The notes below the pieces were generated by a model. The model saw only the letters and a program-made list of their open reading frames with translations, ran no database searches and was not told where the DNA came from. DNA of 64,000 bases, taken from NCBI GenBank assembly GCA_951813285.1, contig OX638355.1, forward strand, positions 4,712,437 to 4,776,436, read 5' to 3'. Both the position numbers and the translations under genes were made by a program. Below are positions 1-9,596 of the stretch, in pieces. Numbering within the stretch: the first letter of the stretch is position 1; the number at the start of each line of letters is the position of its first letter. Source of the DNA: Terriglobia bacterium (GTDB lineage Bacteria > Acidobacteriota > Terriglobia > Versatilivoradales > Versatilivoraceae).

Positions 1-1900
1 ACAGGAGTTCACCGACGACGACGAAGAGATTTTGGTGTTGTTCGCGTCGCAGGCGGCAACGGCCATCGCCAACGCGCGTGCCTTCCGCGACGAGCATCGG
101 GCCCGGGCCGATCTGGAGGCGCTGATCGACACGTCGCCGGTGGGCGTCGCGGTTTTCGACGCCAAGAGCGGTCGAGTGGTGTCGTTCAATCAGGAGGCGA
201 AGCGGATTGTCGGGAGCCTGCGCATGCCGGACCTCCCGATTGAGCAGTTGCCGGACGTCATCACGTGTCGGCGCGCCGACGGAACGGAAGTGACCTTCAA
301 GGAGTTTCCCCTATCGCAGGCACTGAGTCGGGCCACAACGGTGAGAGCCGAGGAAATCGTCCTCGAGGTTCCCGACGGGCGAAGCGTCACGACGCTAATC
401 AACGCCACGCCGATCCGTGCCGAAGACGGCACGGTCGAGTCCATGGTGGTCACGCTCCAGGATTTGGCGCAGTTGCAGGAGATGGAGCAGCTGCGGGCGG
501 AGTTTCTGGGTATGGTGAGTCACGAACTGCAGGCCCCGCTGATGTCCATCAAGGGCTCCACATCCACGGTGCTGAGCGTGTTGCAGACCCCGAGCTTGGC
601 CGAGTTGCTCCAGTTCTTCCGCATCATCGACGAGCAGGCCGATTACATGCGTAGCCTGATCAGCGACCTGCTGGATGCCAGCCATATCGAGACGGGCACT
701 CTGGCCGTCTCCCCGGAGCCTGCGGAGGTGGTCGGCCTGGTGGACCAAGCCAGGAAAACATTCCTGACCGGAGGAGGTCGGCACGCCGTCGAGATCGACC
801 TGCCGTTCGATCTCCCCCGGGTGATGGCCGACCGGCAGCGCATCGTCCAGGTTATGAACAATCTCCTGTCGAACGCCGCCCGCTTCTCTCCCGAGTCCTC
901 TCCGATCCGAGTTGCTGCGGTCCATCAGGGGGTTGAGGTGGCGATCTCGGTATCGGACGAAGGCCAGGGAGTGCCGCCGGATCTGTTGCCGCGCCTGTTC
1001 CGCAAGCACGTGCGAATGGGCGGCGATCGCGGGATCGGAGGGTCCGGCCTGGGTCTGGCCATCTGCAAGGGTCTGGTGGAAGCTCACGGGGGACGCATCC
1101 GGGCCCAGAGCGCCGGGTCGGGTCTGGGCACGAGGTTCACCTTCACGATTCCGGTGGCCGAGGACGCCGGCGCCAGCTCGGCCGGGCTCGCTTCCCATCC
1201 GCCCCGAGCCGGAGGGGAGGGTGTGCCCGTCCTGGTGGTCGACGACGACCCGCAGACGCTCCGCTACGTTCGGGAGGCCCTCGCGGCGGCCGGTTACTCC
1301 CCGCTATTGAGCAGCGACCCGAGGGAAGTGCCCCGTCTGATTAAGACGAAGAAACCCCGGCTGCTTCTATTGGATCTGATGCTGCCCGGGATGGACGGGA
1401 TCGAATTGATGCAGCACGTCTCCGAAATTACCGATCTGCCGGTCATCTTCGTCTCTGCTTACGGCAGGGACGAGACGATTGCCCGGGCGCTGGAGCTGGG
1501 CGCCGCCGATTACGTGGTCAAGCCCTTCTCACCGACGGAACTGGTGGCGAGAGTCCGGGCGGCGCTACGCCGACACCACGAGCCGCCCGAGCCCTTCCGG
1601 TTGAGGAGTCTGACCATCCACTACGAGGACCGCCGGGTGAGCGTGGCGGGCCGCACGGTGCAGCTGACGGCCACCGAATACGAAGTGCTGCGGGTACTCT
1701 CGGTCAACGCGGGACGAATCATGACCTATGCGTCCCTGCTGCGCCAAGTGTGGAATCAGTCGGAAGCGGGTGACCGGCGGTCGCTACGCGGCATCGTCAA
1801 GCAGCTCCGGCGCAAGCTGGGCGACGATGCGTCCAAACCCACCTACATTTTTAACGAGCGCCAAGTCGGCTACCGCATGGCCAAACCGGACAAGGGCTGA
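1..1900 (+). CDS. Hybrid sensor histidine kinase/response regulator with C-terminal OmpR-type winged-helix DNA-binding domain; 5' end lies outside the window
   Basis: ORF 32..1900 is in frame from base 1. It aligns with the full-length paralog at 34840..37311 (GAF end 'LVLFAxQAATAIANAR', PAS, HisKA 'SHELQAPLMSIKGS', HATPase 'GSGLGLAICKGLVEAHGG', REC 'VLVVDDDP...LLLLDLMLPGMDG', Trans_reg_C 'LTATEYEVLRVLSVNAGRIMTY...YRM'). Confidence 0.85.
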   Translation, partial: QEFTDDDEEILVLFASQAATAIANARAFRDEHRARADLEALIDTSPVGVAVFDAKSGRVVSFNQEAKRIVGSLRMPDLPIEQLPDVITCRRADGTEVTFKEFPLSQALSRATTVRAEEIVLEVPDGRSVTTLINATPIRAEDGTVESMVVTLQDLAQLQEMEQLRAEFLGMVSHELQAPLMSIKGSTSTVLSVLQTPSLAELLQFFRIIDEQADYMRSLISDLLDASHIETGTLAVSPEPAEVVGLVDQARKTFLTGGGRHAVEIDLPFDLPRVMADRQRIVQVMNNLLSNAARFSPESSPIRVAAVHQGVEVAISVSDEGQGVPPDLLPRLFRKHVRMGGDRGIGGSGLGLAICKGLVEAHGGRIRAQSAGSGLGTRFTFTIPVAEDAGASSAGLASHPPRAGGEGVPVLVVDDDPQTLRYVREALAAAGYSPLLSSDPREVPRLIKTKKPRLLLLDLMLPGMDGIELMQHVSEITDLPVIFVSAYGRDETIARALELGAADYVVKPFSPTELVARVRAALRRHHEPPEPFRLRSLTIHYEDRRVSVAGRTVQLTATEYEVLRVLSVNAGRIMTYASLLRQVWNQSEAGDRRSLRGIVKQLRRKLGDDASKPTYIFNERQVGYRMAKPDKG

Positions 1901-1911
1901 GGACCTTCTTC

Positions 1912-2098
1912 TCTGCCGGATTCGGGTCAATTGCTTATGCTGGCCGAAGTATCGAATGGACCGGCGACACCTCTTACAGGCATCCCGGCGTTCCTGAAGG
2001 GCGGCGTTATAAAGCTCTTGGGCCATTTCAAGGAAACGATCCAGGAAGCGGGCTTGCTTTCGATTCGGCAGGCATCGGTAGTGGTAAGTGCGAATCAT
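1912..2098 (-). pseudogene. IS200/IS605-family TnpB (OrfB) N-terminal fragment of about 60 codons, truncated where it meets the stop codon of the upstream kinase gene
   Basis: Translation 'MIRTYHYRCLPNRKQARFLDRFLEMAQELYNAALQERRDA...IRYFGQHKQLTRIRQ' matches the TnpB N-terminal signature (YxYRLYPxxxQ...VYNxxLxxRxxxY...SYxxQxKxLTxLK). Homology stops where the ORF runs antisense into the kinase C-terminus. Confidence 0.4.
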
Positions 2099-2148
2099 GA
2101 CCGAAGGACCTCACTGGTAACAACTTAATCCGTGGGGTAGTTGGGCGC

Positions 2149-2436
2149 CTATTCTTTCTCGTTTTCAGGCTTGGTCGTTGATGGAAAGCGTCGCGGATTG
2201 TGCATCTTGAGAGCAACGAGAAGTTGCTTCTGGAGATTCGAGATCTGGTCCAGCCGCCTCACGATCTCCCCGTACTGCGCTTCAGGCCTGATCGTTGATG
2301 GAAAGGGTCGCGGATTGCGCATCTCGAAAGCAAAGAAGAGTTGCTTGTGGAGATTCGAGATCATGTCCAGCTGCCTCACGATCTCCTCGTACTCCGCGCT
2401 TTGAAGGATTACTACATTTTTCACCATTGGTCTCAT
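2149..2436 (-). CDS. Hypothetical small protein (95 aa) made of two tandem 39-aa repeats
   Basis: ORF with high GC3. The protein has the internal duplication 'EYEEIVRQLDMISNLHKQLFFAFEMRNPRPFPSTIRPE' / 'QYGEIVRRLDQISNLQKQLLVALKMHNPRRFPSTTKPE'. The plus-strand alternative is Cys/Trp/Arg-rich and less protein-like. Confidence 0.3.
   Translation of the reverse strand: MRPMVKNVVILQSAEYEEIVRQLDMISNLHKQLFFAFEMRNPRPFPSTIRPEAQYGEIVRRLDQISNLQKQLLVALKMHNPRRFPSTTKPENEKE
2150..2400. repeat. Direct tandem duplication, 2 copies of about 118 bp at roughly 85% identity
   Basis: Direct alignment of 2150-2268 against 2283-2400. Mismatches are mixed transitions and transversions, not adenine-specific. Confidence 0.8.
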
Positions 2437-2476
2437 TCAGGGTCCCCAAAGGGTGTGACTGCCAATGGGCAAGCAG

Positions 2477-2761
2477 TCACGGCTTCCTGGAGATAGCGCC
2501 TCCAGGCCCCTCGGGGGAGGCTCGCAATTGACGTTTTCGCTCCCGATAGATGGCATCGCCTTGCTCGGGCTCATCGAGAGGCACTATCTGGAGTCTAAGG
2601 CCGAGGCACTGAAGGAGCGCCTCAATCGAGTTCACCTGCGGAGTGGCCCCCCGGCGCATGTTTCGGACGGTATCGGCGGTACCCGTGGCCAGCATCGAGA
2701 GGCTCCGGTCAGGGACGCCGGAACGGTCGATGAGATCGAGCAGGCGTTGTCTCAAGCCCAT
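2477..2761 (-). CDS. XRE-family helix-turn-helix protein (about 94 aa from internal Met; the ORF could extend to 2989)
   Basis: 'RSLSMLATGTADTVRNMRRGATPQVNSIEALLQCLGLRLQIVPL' fits HTH_XRE (Cro/C1) helix2-turn-helix3 plus the following helix. The N-terminal extension to 2989 is low-complexity Arg/Ser. Confidence 0.4.
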   Translation of the reverse strand: MGLRQRLLDLIDRSGVPDRSLSMLATGTADTVRNMRRGATPQVNSIEALLQCLGLRLQIVPLDEPEQGDAIYRERKRQLRASPEGPGGAISRKP

Positions 2762-3621
2762 GTCGGAGTCAGAAGCAACCGTACCGTCTCCCCGCTCGCA
2801 TGCCGGCGTGCGGCCATACCGGTTCGATCGAGCCCGTGACACTGCCCGAGTCATTCCATGGCGGCTCGCCGCTGGCGTGCTTGCTCCGCTGTTGATGTCG
2901 GAAGACCGAGGCAGGGAGCCGCGTCTGCCTTGGCGGGATTGCTTTGTCAACAGTCGGAATTCCCGAGCCTTGCCCGGTTCCGACGGCACCCGATCGGAGT
3001 CCGGAGATGGCGGCCTTCTACTCCTCAGCCGAGGAGGGAACCGGTAATTGATAGATCGCAGGACAGAATAGACGACACAAGTGATTTCTGGGTGATGGTG
3101 GCCACGATTGTGGTGATAATATGGTGAGGGTCTGCAAGAAAACGTAATTTGTAACGCTCGGACAGCGCGGTGGGCTTTGAATTCGGCTCTTCCAGGGAGC
3201 CGGTGTTTTCAGTCTTGCAGGCCAAGCAAGTCAAAAACTCCCTACTAAGTACATGCCCTACATGCCGTGCTGAAAGGGACGGCAAAAGTGACCGTTGTAT
3301 CGAGGGCACAGCCAGGCGGCCGGGGGCCAAACCAGCCGCGCGAGAACGGGCTCCGCATGGCAGGCCGACTCTTCCCTGAGTCGTATTGATATGGTGAGAA
3401 GAGAAGCACTGGCGGCCACCCGAGAGGCATCAACGATGCTCACGGGGCCCGTATCGTGAATCGGCCCGCACTTAGGACTGTGTGGCCGAAGACAGCAGCC
3501 AGAGGGTTACATGGACTGTCGTCCCGCGCACATGAGTGTTGCCGGCTCTATGAAATATGTTAAGGAGATTAGCGTTTGCGGGGCTGCCTTCCGAGTTACG
3601 GTGAAAAACGCATGCATCCTT

Positions 3622-3806
3622 GAGCCTTTTGCAAAATTCGTCGTGCAGCGCTGGGGACGTTGTTGAATTACTGGAAAAACTTCGATCAGCCGTTCCTGAA
3701 TTGCTCTGATTCAATGACGTCTCCTAAGCGCTCTTTAGAGTAATTCCAGTAATTCAACAACGTCCCCTATTCACGTCCCCTACCTGCGGAATTTTGCAAA
3801 AGCCTC
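3622..3806. mobile_element. MITE-like element, family A (inner TIR GGGGACGTTGTTGAATTACTGGAA, outer TIR GAGCCTTTTGCAAAATTC)
   Basis: Perfect inverted termini at 3653-3676 and 3744-3767, plus outer inverted 'gagccttttgcaaaattc'/'ggaattttgcaaaagcctc'. Family recurs five more times in the window. Confidence 0.6.
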
Positions 3807-4125
3807 CCTTGAAAGCAGAATTTCCGGCAAGAGTTTTCAGTGACAGCAATCCCGTGACAGTGCCCCTGCCAAGGTCGCGCTCACAACAACCCGTGTCTCC
3901 CACCAGACGAAGCTGCTCCAGACTAACAAATCCCAACGCACTGTGCGGAGGAACCCGGTTGTAGTGGATCCGCCAGGCCTCAATGCTGTGCCGGGCATCG
4001 GCCAGATTCACAAACCACTGCACGTTCAGGCAGGCATCCCGAAACTTGCCGTTGAAGCTCTCCAACCGTGCATTCTGGATCGGCTTGCCTGGCTGGATGT
4101 AGCGCAACTCCACTCCGGTCCGCCG
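3754..4125 (-). pseudogene. IS3-family transposase (OrfB, DDE integrase core) C-terminal remnant
   Basis: 'SRRTGVELRYIQPGKPIQNARLESFNGKFRDACLNVQWF...ARHSIEAWRIHYNRVPPHSALGF' is the conserved C-terminus of IS3/IS2 OrfB. In-frame stops lie immediately upstream (about 4126-4140), so only about 120 codons remain. Local GC is lower than surrounding genes. Confidence 0.65.
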
Positions 4126-4913
4126 AGACTACAAAGCCTGACCTTATCCAAAACCACTGTGCCGGCGAATGGTGAGGCAAAAGCCCTTGCCAGTTCTTGC
4201 AAGACATCACCATATTCTCACCACATTCGCGGTCATAATCACTCAGAAATCACCTGTGTTGTCTATACTCTGCGCTGTGTCAAAAACAGACAACAGCAGA
4301 AGCAATTGATCACGCACCGTCCGGGTGGTCCACTGTCAGTGGATTGCCATACCCGGAATATTCCTGGTGACGGCAGTGTGAATTCATCGGGAACGTCAAG
4401 AAAAGCTTTTCAGGCCGGATGGCAAATCCGCCATGTTGATCAGCCTGTGAACCATGGCGAACGAGAACCGGACACCCACACGCGCTGCCTGCGCAGGCTG
4501 GACGGCATTCTCTCGAAGACCGCTGCCCTCGCGACGTGTGACTTTGAGGTGCCCGAGTCACAAGAATGATTATCGTAAACAGCTCGTGGCAACTGATTCA
4601 TTGTAGCGTCGGCACTCCCACACAATTCAATCTCTGTGTGGAAGCCCCTGGTCGATTGATTCAGGTGCGCACCGGATACAATATCCCGGGGACACGTCGG
4701 TTCATCTGGACAGGTCGTCGAACAACCATACAAGGACCTTATTGCGAGGACGTGTTTCGTCTGGGTGTCTCTCTGCTGTGGGCACGTGTGGAGGATGGCG
4801 GCGCCCCTGTAGAGATCTGTTTTCGGAGTGGTTTCTGAGCGTCGTTTCGGACTGGAAGCGCGTTCAGGCGGCTTGTTCACGAATCCTCAGAGGCAGCGGC
4901 CGGTTCCCTCTGG

Positions 4914-6404
4914 GTGTTTCGAGGCAGCGGCTCCGAAGGCGCGGTCGAGTCGGTGGTCGTAACCATGCAGGATCTGGCCCCTCAGGAGGAGACGGAACGG
5001 TTGCGCGCTGAATTTCTGAGCCTGGTAAACCACGAGTTGCGAGCCCCGCTGACCTCGATCAAGGGCTCGACCGCGACCGTGCTGGGCGCCGAGCCGGCCC
5101 CGGACACGGCCGAAATGCTGCAGTTTTTCCGAATCATCGACCAGCAAGCAGACCACATGCGAGGTCTGATCAACGACCTGCTCGATGCGGGACGCATTGA
5201 GACAGGGGCGCTTTCGGTCTCGACAGAACCGGTCGAGGTGGCGAGCCTGGTGGAGCAGGCGAGAAACACCTTTCTGAGTGGAGGCGGGCGGCACACCATC
5301 CTGATCGACCTGCCACCTGACTTGCCCAGGGTGCTGGCCGATCAGCGGCGAATCGTCCAGGTTCTCAACAACCTCTTCTCGAACGCGTCGAGGTACTCAC
5401 TCGAGTTGCTTCCGATCCGGGTCGCCGCTGCTCGGGACGACGTGCACGTGTCGATTTCAGTCTCCGACGAAGGCAGGGGGGTACCGCCGGAGCAGCTGCC
5501 GTACCTGTTCCGCAAGCAGACGCGGATGGGCAGCGAGGGGGGGATCCGTGGGAGTGGTTTAGGCCTGGCCATTTGCAAGAGCTTGGTGGAAGCCCACGGG
5601 GGACGGATTCGGGCCGAGAGCTGCGGGGTGGGCGTGGGCATGCAGACCACCTTCACGATACCGGTGGCCGAAGAAGGCGGCGTGGCCGGGAGCCTTCCGA
5701 GCTTGCCTCGGGAAGAGAGGACGGACACGCGTATTCTGGTCGTGGACGACGACCCGAAAACGCTCGGCTACGTTCGGGACGCCCTGGCATCGGAGGGTTA
5801 TGTCCCGTTGGTGACTGGAGACCCTCGCGAGGTGCCCAATCTGATCAGGACGGCGAAACCCCGGTTGGTTCTTCTCGACTCGATGCTGCCGGGAACCGAC
5901 AGAATCGAATTGATGAAACGCCTCCCCGAGATGGCCGGTTTGCCGGTGATCTTCATCTCGGGCTACGGAAGGGATGAGACGATCGCCAGGGCTCTGGATA
6001 CGGGGGCTACCGATTACATTGTCAAGCCCTTCTCGCCGACGGAGCTGGCGGCGAGAGTCCGGGCGGCCCTGCGCAAACAGTACGCCCCCCCCGAACCCTT
6101 CCGGCTAGGGGATCTGTCTATCGACTTCGAGCAACGCCGGGTGATGGTGGCCGGGCAGGCAGTCAAACTTACGCCCACCGAATACGATCTGCTGCGCGTG
6201 CTCTCGGTCAACGCCGGACGGGTCACGACATTCGATTCGTTGTTGCGCCAGGTATGGGGAGACCGTCAACCAGGAAACGTCGTGCTGTTGCGCACCTATG
6301 TGAAGAGGCTCCGTCGCAAGCTCGGCGATGGTGCAGTCAGCCCTGCCTATGTCTTCAACGAGCGCCAAGTCGGCTACCGCATGCCGAGGCCACACGATCT
6401 GTAA
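4914..6404 (+). CDS. N-terminally truncated paralog of the hybrid histidine kinase/OmpR-type response regulator (keeps HisKA-HATPase-REC-wHTH; lacks GAF and most of PAS); possibly a pseudogene
   Basis: GTG-start ORF. Homology to paralogs begins at 'GAVESVVVTMQDLAP' inside the PAS domain. Upstream sequence is IS3 remnant and non-coding low-GC DNA. Confidence 0.6.
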   Translation: MFRGSGSEGAVESVVVTMQDLAPQEETERLRAEFLSLVNHELRAPLTSIKGSTATVLGAEPAPDTAEMLQFFRIIDQQADHMRGLINDLLDAGRIETGALSVSTEPVEVASLVEQARNTFLSGGGRHTILIDLPPDLPRVLADQRRIVQVLNNLFSNASRYSLELLPIRVAAARDDVHVSISVSDEGRGVPPEQLPYLFRKQTRMGSEGGIRGSGLGLAICKSLVEAHGGRIRAESCGVGVGMQTTFTIPVAEEGGVAGSLPSLPREERTDTRILVVDDDPKTLGYVRDALASEGYVPLVTGDPREVPNLIRTAKPRLVLLDSMLPGTDRIELMKRLPEMAGLPVIFISGYGRDETIARALDTGATDYIVKPFSPTELAARVRAALRKQYAPPEPFRLGDLSIDFEQRRVMVAGQAVKLTPTEYDLLRVLSVNAGRVTTFDSLLRQVWGDRQPGNVVLLRTYVKRLRRKLGDGAVSPAYVFNERQVGYRMPRPHDL

Positions 6405-6544
6405 CCCTTGGACTCGCTTTACCTCGTTTCACTAAGCAAAGCCTCTCCACTCTGAAAAGGTTCAGACGGCCTGCGTGCGGTCGGACCTGTTCGAGCGGCA
6501 CCAAGGACGCTCAAGGCGTTCCGCATCGCGAATCGATCTGCACT

Positions 6545-6893
6545 CAGGAATTCGAAGGCGAGGGCAGCGGCCAGAGGGCGACATGGACGGTGCTGCCGCG
6601 CACATGAATGTTGACGTCGCGGTCAACGGGACACATCCAGTGCAGCTCCCGGCGAACGGTATCCGCGATCAAACCCTTGCAGGCTCCGTCGCTGTCGATC
6701 AGGATCTGGATAGCCTCATGCAGCGCCTCGGCCTCATAGCGGTCCCGCTGAGCCGTGTAGGAGTCAGCTTCTGCGTCGTCTGAGGGGAGAAAAAGGCGTC
6801 GACCAGTAGAGCCGCCAGTTCCTGGGGTTTAATCTCCACGGTTACCGAGACCAGCGGCACCACGTCGTGCAACCAAGCTCCGGGCTCCCCCAC
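6545..6893 (-). pseudogene. Small ORF split between two frames (frameshift near a T5/C4 homopolymer at about 6775-6790); function unknown
   Basis: GTG-start frame 'MGEPGAWLHDVVPLVSVTVEIKPQELAALLVDAFF' has high GC3. It continues after a one-base shift as '...DDAEADSYTAQRDRYEAEALHEAIQILIDSDGACKGLIADTVRRELHWMCPVDRDVNIHVRG', also high GC3, with no start codon of its own. Confidence 0.2.
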
Positions 6894-6953
6894 TAACGCT
6901 ACGTCGGCAGCAATGGTGATTGTCTGGATTCAATCACAACTAGCCACTGACCA

Positions 6954-8510
6954 CTATCCACTATTTGCTTCGCCACCGGCAGTTTCATCCTGCCTCAGGG
7001 TCAGGCCCTGCACGGACGACTTCGGCGGACGGGGGAAGCAGTAAGCCAGCAGCCCCGCCAAGGCCAACCCGACCAGGAACGGCAAGGGCACCACCCAGAC
7101 GAAGGAGAGGCTCTTTTCCATGCCGAACCACTCCTTCCCGAAACAGATGAAGAGGCTGGCCAGCGTCCCGGCCAGGAAACCCAGCAGGGCGGCCTGTTTC
7201 CCGGCGCGCCGAAACAGGATGCCGGCGAAGAACAGCACCCCCAGGGGCCCCACGAAAATGTGGTTCAGGCGTCCGGTGAGCTCGACCAGGTTCCAATCGG
7301 TGCGAGTGGCCATCAGGGCCGTACCGACCGCGGTGGCAATACCCACCAACCCCGCCAGCAGCGAAACCGCTCGATCCGCCCACAGGCTCCGCACCTGGGC
7401 CTTGAAGAGGCCGAACCTCTGGAAGAAGTCGGAGACCACCACTCCCGAGATGGAGTTGATGCCGGAACTCAAGCTGGACATGGCAGCCGCCAGCAAGGCG
7501 GCCAGCAGCAGCCCCGACACCCCGGCCGGAAGCTCTTCCACGATGAATATGGGCATCACCCGGTCGGCCCTGGCGGCGATCTCCTCCTGAAAGGCCTGAA
7601 TCGGAGCGGCCGACTGGCTGGCATAGAAGGCGAAAAGGGACAAGCCGCAGAACAGCAACGCCAGCATGATCACGAAGTTGAAGCCGGCAAACATCCACAC
7701 GCTCTTGCGTGCGGCCGACAGATCGGGGCAGCTCAGATAGCGCTGCACCGCCACCTGGTCTCCGCCCAGGGTGCAGATGTTCCAGAAGAAGTTGCCCATG
7801 ACGATTCCAACCACGGTGATGCGAACGGTCAGGTCCCAGCTGAAGGTCTGAATTTCAGTCCGCCCCGCTTCGGAAAAGGTCTGCCACCAGGTCGCCGGAC
7901 CGCTCCCCAGCGAGAATCCGATCAGCACCGGAATGGCCAGGGCGCCGCCCAGCAGAATCATCAACTGCAGGTTGTCGGTCCAGACCACCGTGCGCAGCCC
8001 GCCGGCGGTGGTATAGAAGGTGGTCACAAGGCCGGTGGCCACGATGGTGACGTAGAGATCCCAACCGGTGATCTGGGCCACGGCGAAGCTGCAGGTATAG
8101 ATGATCAGCCCCATCCAGATAATGGTCCGCAGCACGAAGAGAAAGGAGGCAAGGCTGCGAAAGCTCACGTCGAAGCGCTTCTCCAGGTACTCGTAGACGC
8201 TGGTGATGGGAAGTCGCCGCAGCACCGGAATCAGAACGCGGTTGGCCACCGGGACGAACAGCGGCATGGCGATGATGCCGGACAGGTAGGCGATGCCGTA
8301 GCGCATCATCTCGCCCGGCACGGAGAGGAAGGTGATGGTGGAGAGCAGGGTGGCCATCATGCTGCCGCCCAGCAGCGCCCAGTGCATGCTGCGGCCGCCC
8401 AGCAGATATTCCTCCCGCGAGGTCTGGCGCCGGGAGAAATAGATGCCGATCCCCGACAGCAATGCCATGTAGACGACCACCACCGCCAGGTCCAACGTCG
8501 TCAGTTGCAT
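6954..8510 (-). CDS. Sodium:solute symporter family (SSF/SLC5-like) transporter
   Basis: 518 aa, about 13 TM helices. Motifs 'YLLGGRSM', 'TVVWTDNLQ' are typical of SSS-family permeases. Confidence 0.9.
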   Translation of the reverse strand: MQLTTLDLAVVVVYMALLSGIGIYFSRRQTSREEYLLGGRSMHWALLGGSMMATLLSTITFLSVPGEMMRYGIAYLSGIIAMPLFVPVANRVLIPVLRRLPITSVYEYLEKRFDVSFRSLASFLFVLRTIIWMGLIIYTCSFAVAQITGWDLYVTIVATGLVTTFYTTAGGLRTVVWTDNLQLMILLGGALAIPVLIGFSLGSGPATWWQTFSEAGRTEIQTFSWDLTVRITVVGIVMGNFFWNICTLGGDQVAVQRYLSCPDLSAARKSVWMFAGFNFVIMLALLFCGLSLFAFYASQSAAPIQAFQEEIAARADRVMPIFIVEELPAGVSGLLLAALLAAAMSSLSSGINSISGVVVSDFFQRFGLFKAQVRSLWADRAVSLLAGLVGIATAVGTALMATRTDWNLVELTGRLNHIFVGPLGVLFFAGILFRRAGKQAALLGFLAGTLASLFICFGKEWFGMEKSLSFVWVVPLPFLVGLALAGLLAYCFPRPPKSSVQGLTLRQDETAGGEANSG

Positions 8511-8555
8511 CCTTCGCCCCTTCGGTCGCGGCTCGGCCGCGCATCGCTCAAACTG

Positions 8556-9347
8556 CTAGGTTTGCCTGGCCCGGGCCTCGGCATGGACCTCGCGAATCTG
8601 GCTAACCAGCTCCCGGGAGCGGTGCCGGACCATGGTCGAGATCTCCGAGCAGATCAGGAAGGAAAACCCCCGATCGATCCAGAAGCCGGCCTGCTCCAGG
8701 GTCCCCACCACCATGCCGCAGTTCTTGCCCATGTCCCGGGCCTGGCTCCACACCCGCTGGATGGCCGCCACCACCTCGGGGTGGTCGGTATGGCTCCAGC
8801 GGCCCATGTTCAGGGAAAGATCGTAGGGACCCAGCATGGCCGCATCGATCCAGTCGTGGGGAATCAACGAAGCCATGTCCTCGATTCCGGCGGGGCTCTC
8901 GAACTGAGTCGTGATGAACAGGCTGGACTCCACTTCATCCCAACCCTGGCGGTCCAGACCGCGATTGGCCAGAATGGCGGGTCCGCCGGGGCCTCGGCGG
9001 CCCATGGGGGGAATGAAGGCTCCCTCGCGAATGGCCCGGATCTGGTCCTGATTTTCCGTCCAGGGAACCATCAGGCCGGCCGCCCCCATGTCCATGTACT
9101 TCCGGATCAGGTGATAGAGGGCGGCTTCCGGACGAATCAAGAGCGGGAAATCGAGCAGTCGCGCGGTGCGGCAGAGCTCTTCGGCGGTGCGCAGGTCGGC
9201 CGAGCTGTGCTCCATGTCCAGGACGGCGAAGTCCAGGCCTTCGGACTTGAAGATCTCCAGGTATCCCGGCCAGTGATCGAAGGTCAACAGGATACCCAGG
9301 GTCAGCTCTCTTCGGTGGACTTTGGATTTCAAACGGGTAGCCAGCAA
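8556..9347 (-). CDS. HpcH/HpaI aldolase family protein (2-keto-3-deoxy-acid aldolase-like)
   Basis: 263 aa. N-terminal 'RELTLGILLTFDHWPGYLEIFKSEGLDFAVLDMEHS' matches the HpcH/HpaI fold signature. Confidence 0.85.
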   Translation of the reverse strand: MLATRLKSKVHRRELTLGILLTFDHWPGYLEIFKSEGLDFAVLDMEHSSADLRTAEELCRTARLLDFPLLIRPEAALYHLIRKYMDMGAAGLMVPWTENQDQIRAIREGAFIPPMGRRGPGGPAILANRGLDRQGWDEVESSLFITTQFESPAGIEDMASLIPHDWIDAAMLGPYDLSLNMGRWSHTDHPEVVAAIQRVWSQARDMGKNCGMVVGTLEQAGFWIDRGFSFLICSEISTMVRHRSRELVSQIREVHAEARARQT

Positions 9348-9596
9348 GGGTCCTCCTTTGTTTTCGGGACTTTGAGGCGGGCTGAGGTGAGGCGGCGCCA
9401 GCCGTGGGCGGTTCAGGGGGCCGCCGGAACGGCGCCTGCCCGGCCGCCCCTTCCGGGAGCCGCACGGATTCCGTAACCGAAGGCGGGCTGAAAAGGCCGT
9501 ATTCTACCCAGTTTGCCCGGGGACATTCCAGTGAAATAGAATGTTTGGAACAGTTGAGAGATCCTGTACACTGAGGACCCGTTCGGGGAGGTAACC

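Noticed and set aside
2150-2400. Possible diversity-generating retroelement template/variable repeat pair
   Set aside because: The two 118-bp copies are directly tandem and both inside one ORF. Mismatches are not confined to adenines. No reverse transcriptase gene is nearby.
3050-3620. Possible structured ncRNA in the 570-bp ORF-poor, lower-GC stretch upstream of the MITE and IS3 remnant
   Set aside because: No recognisable conserved RNA motif and no convincing stem-loop architecture by eye. It is more likely decayed mobile-element DNA. A covariance-model scan (Rfam) would settle it.
7260-9476. 738-aa plus-strand ORF spanning the SSS transporter and HpcH aldolase region
   Set aside because: It is antisense to two well-supported genes. 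The translation is Gly/Arg/His/Gln-rich low-complexity with no domain signature, a typical high-GC antisense artefact.
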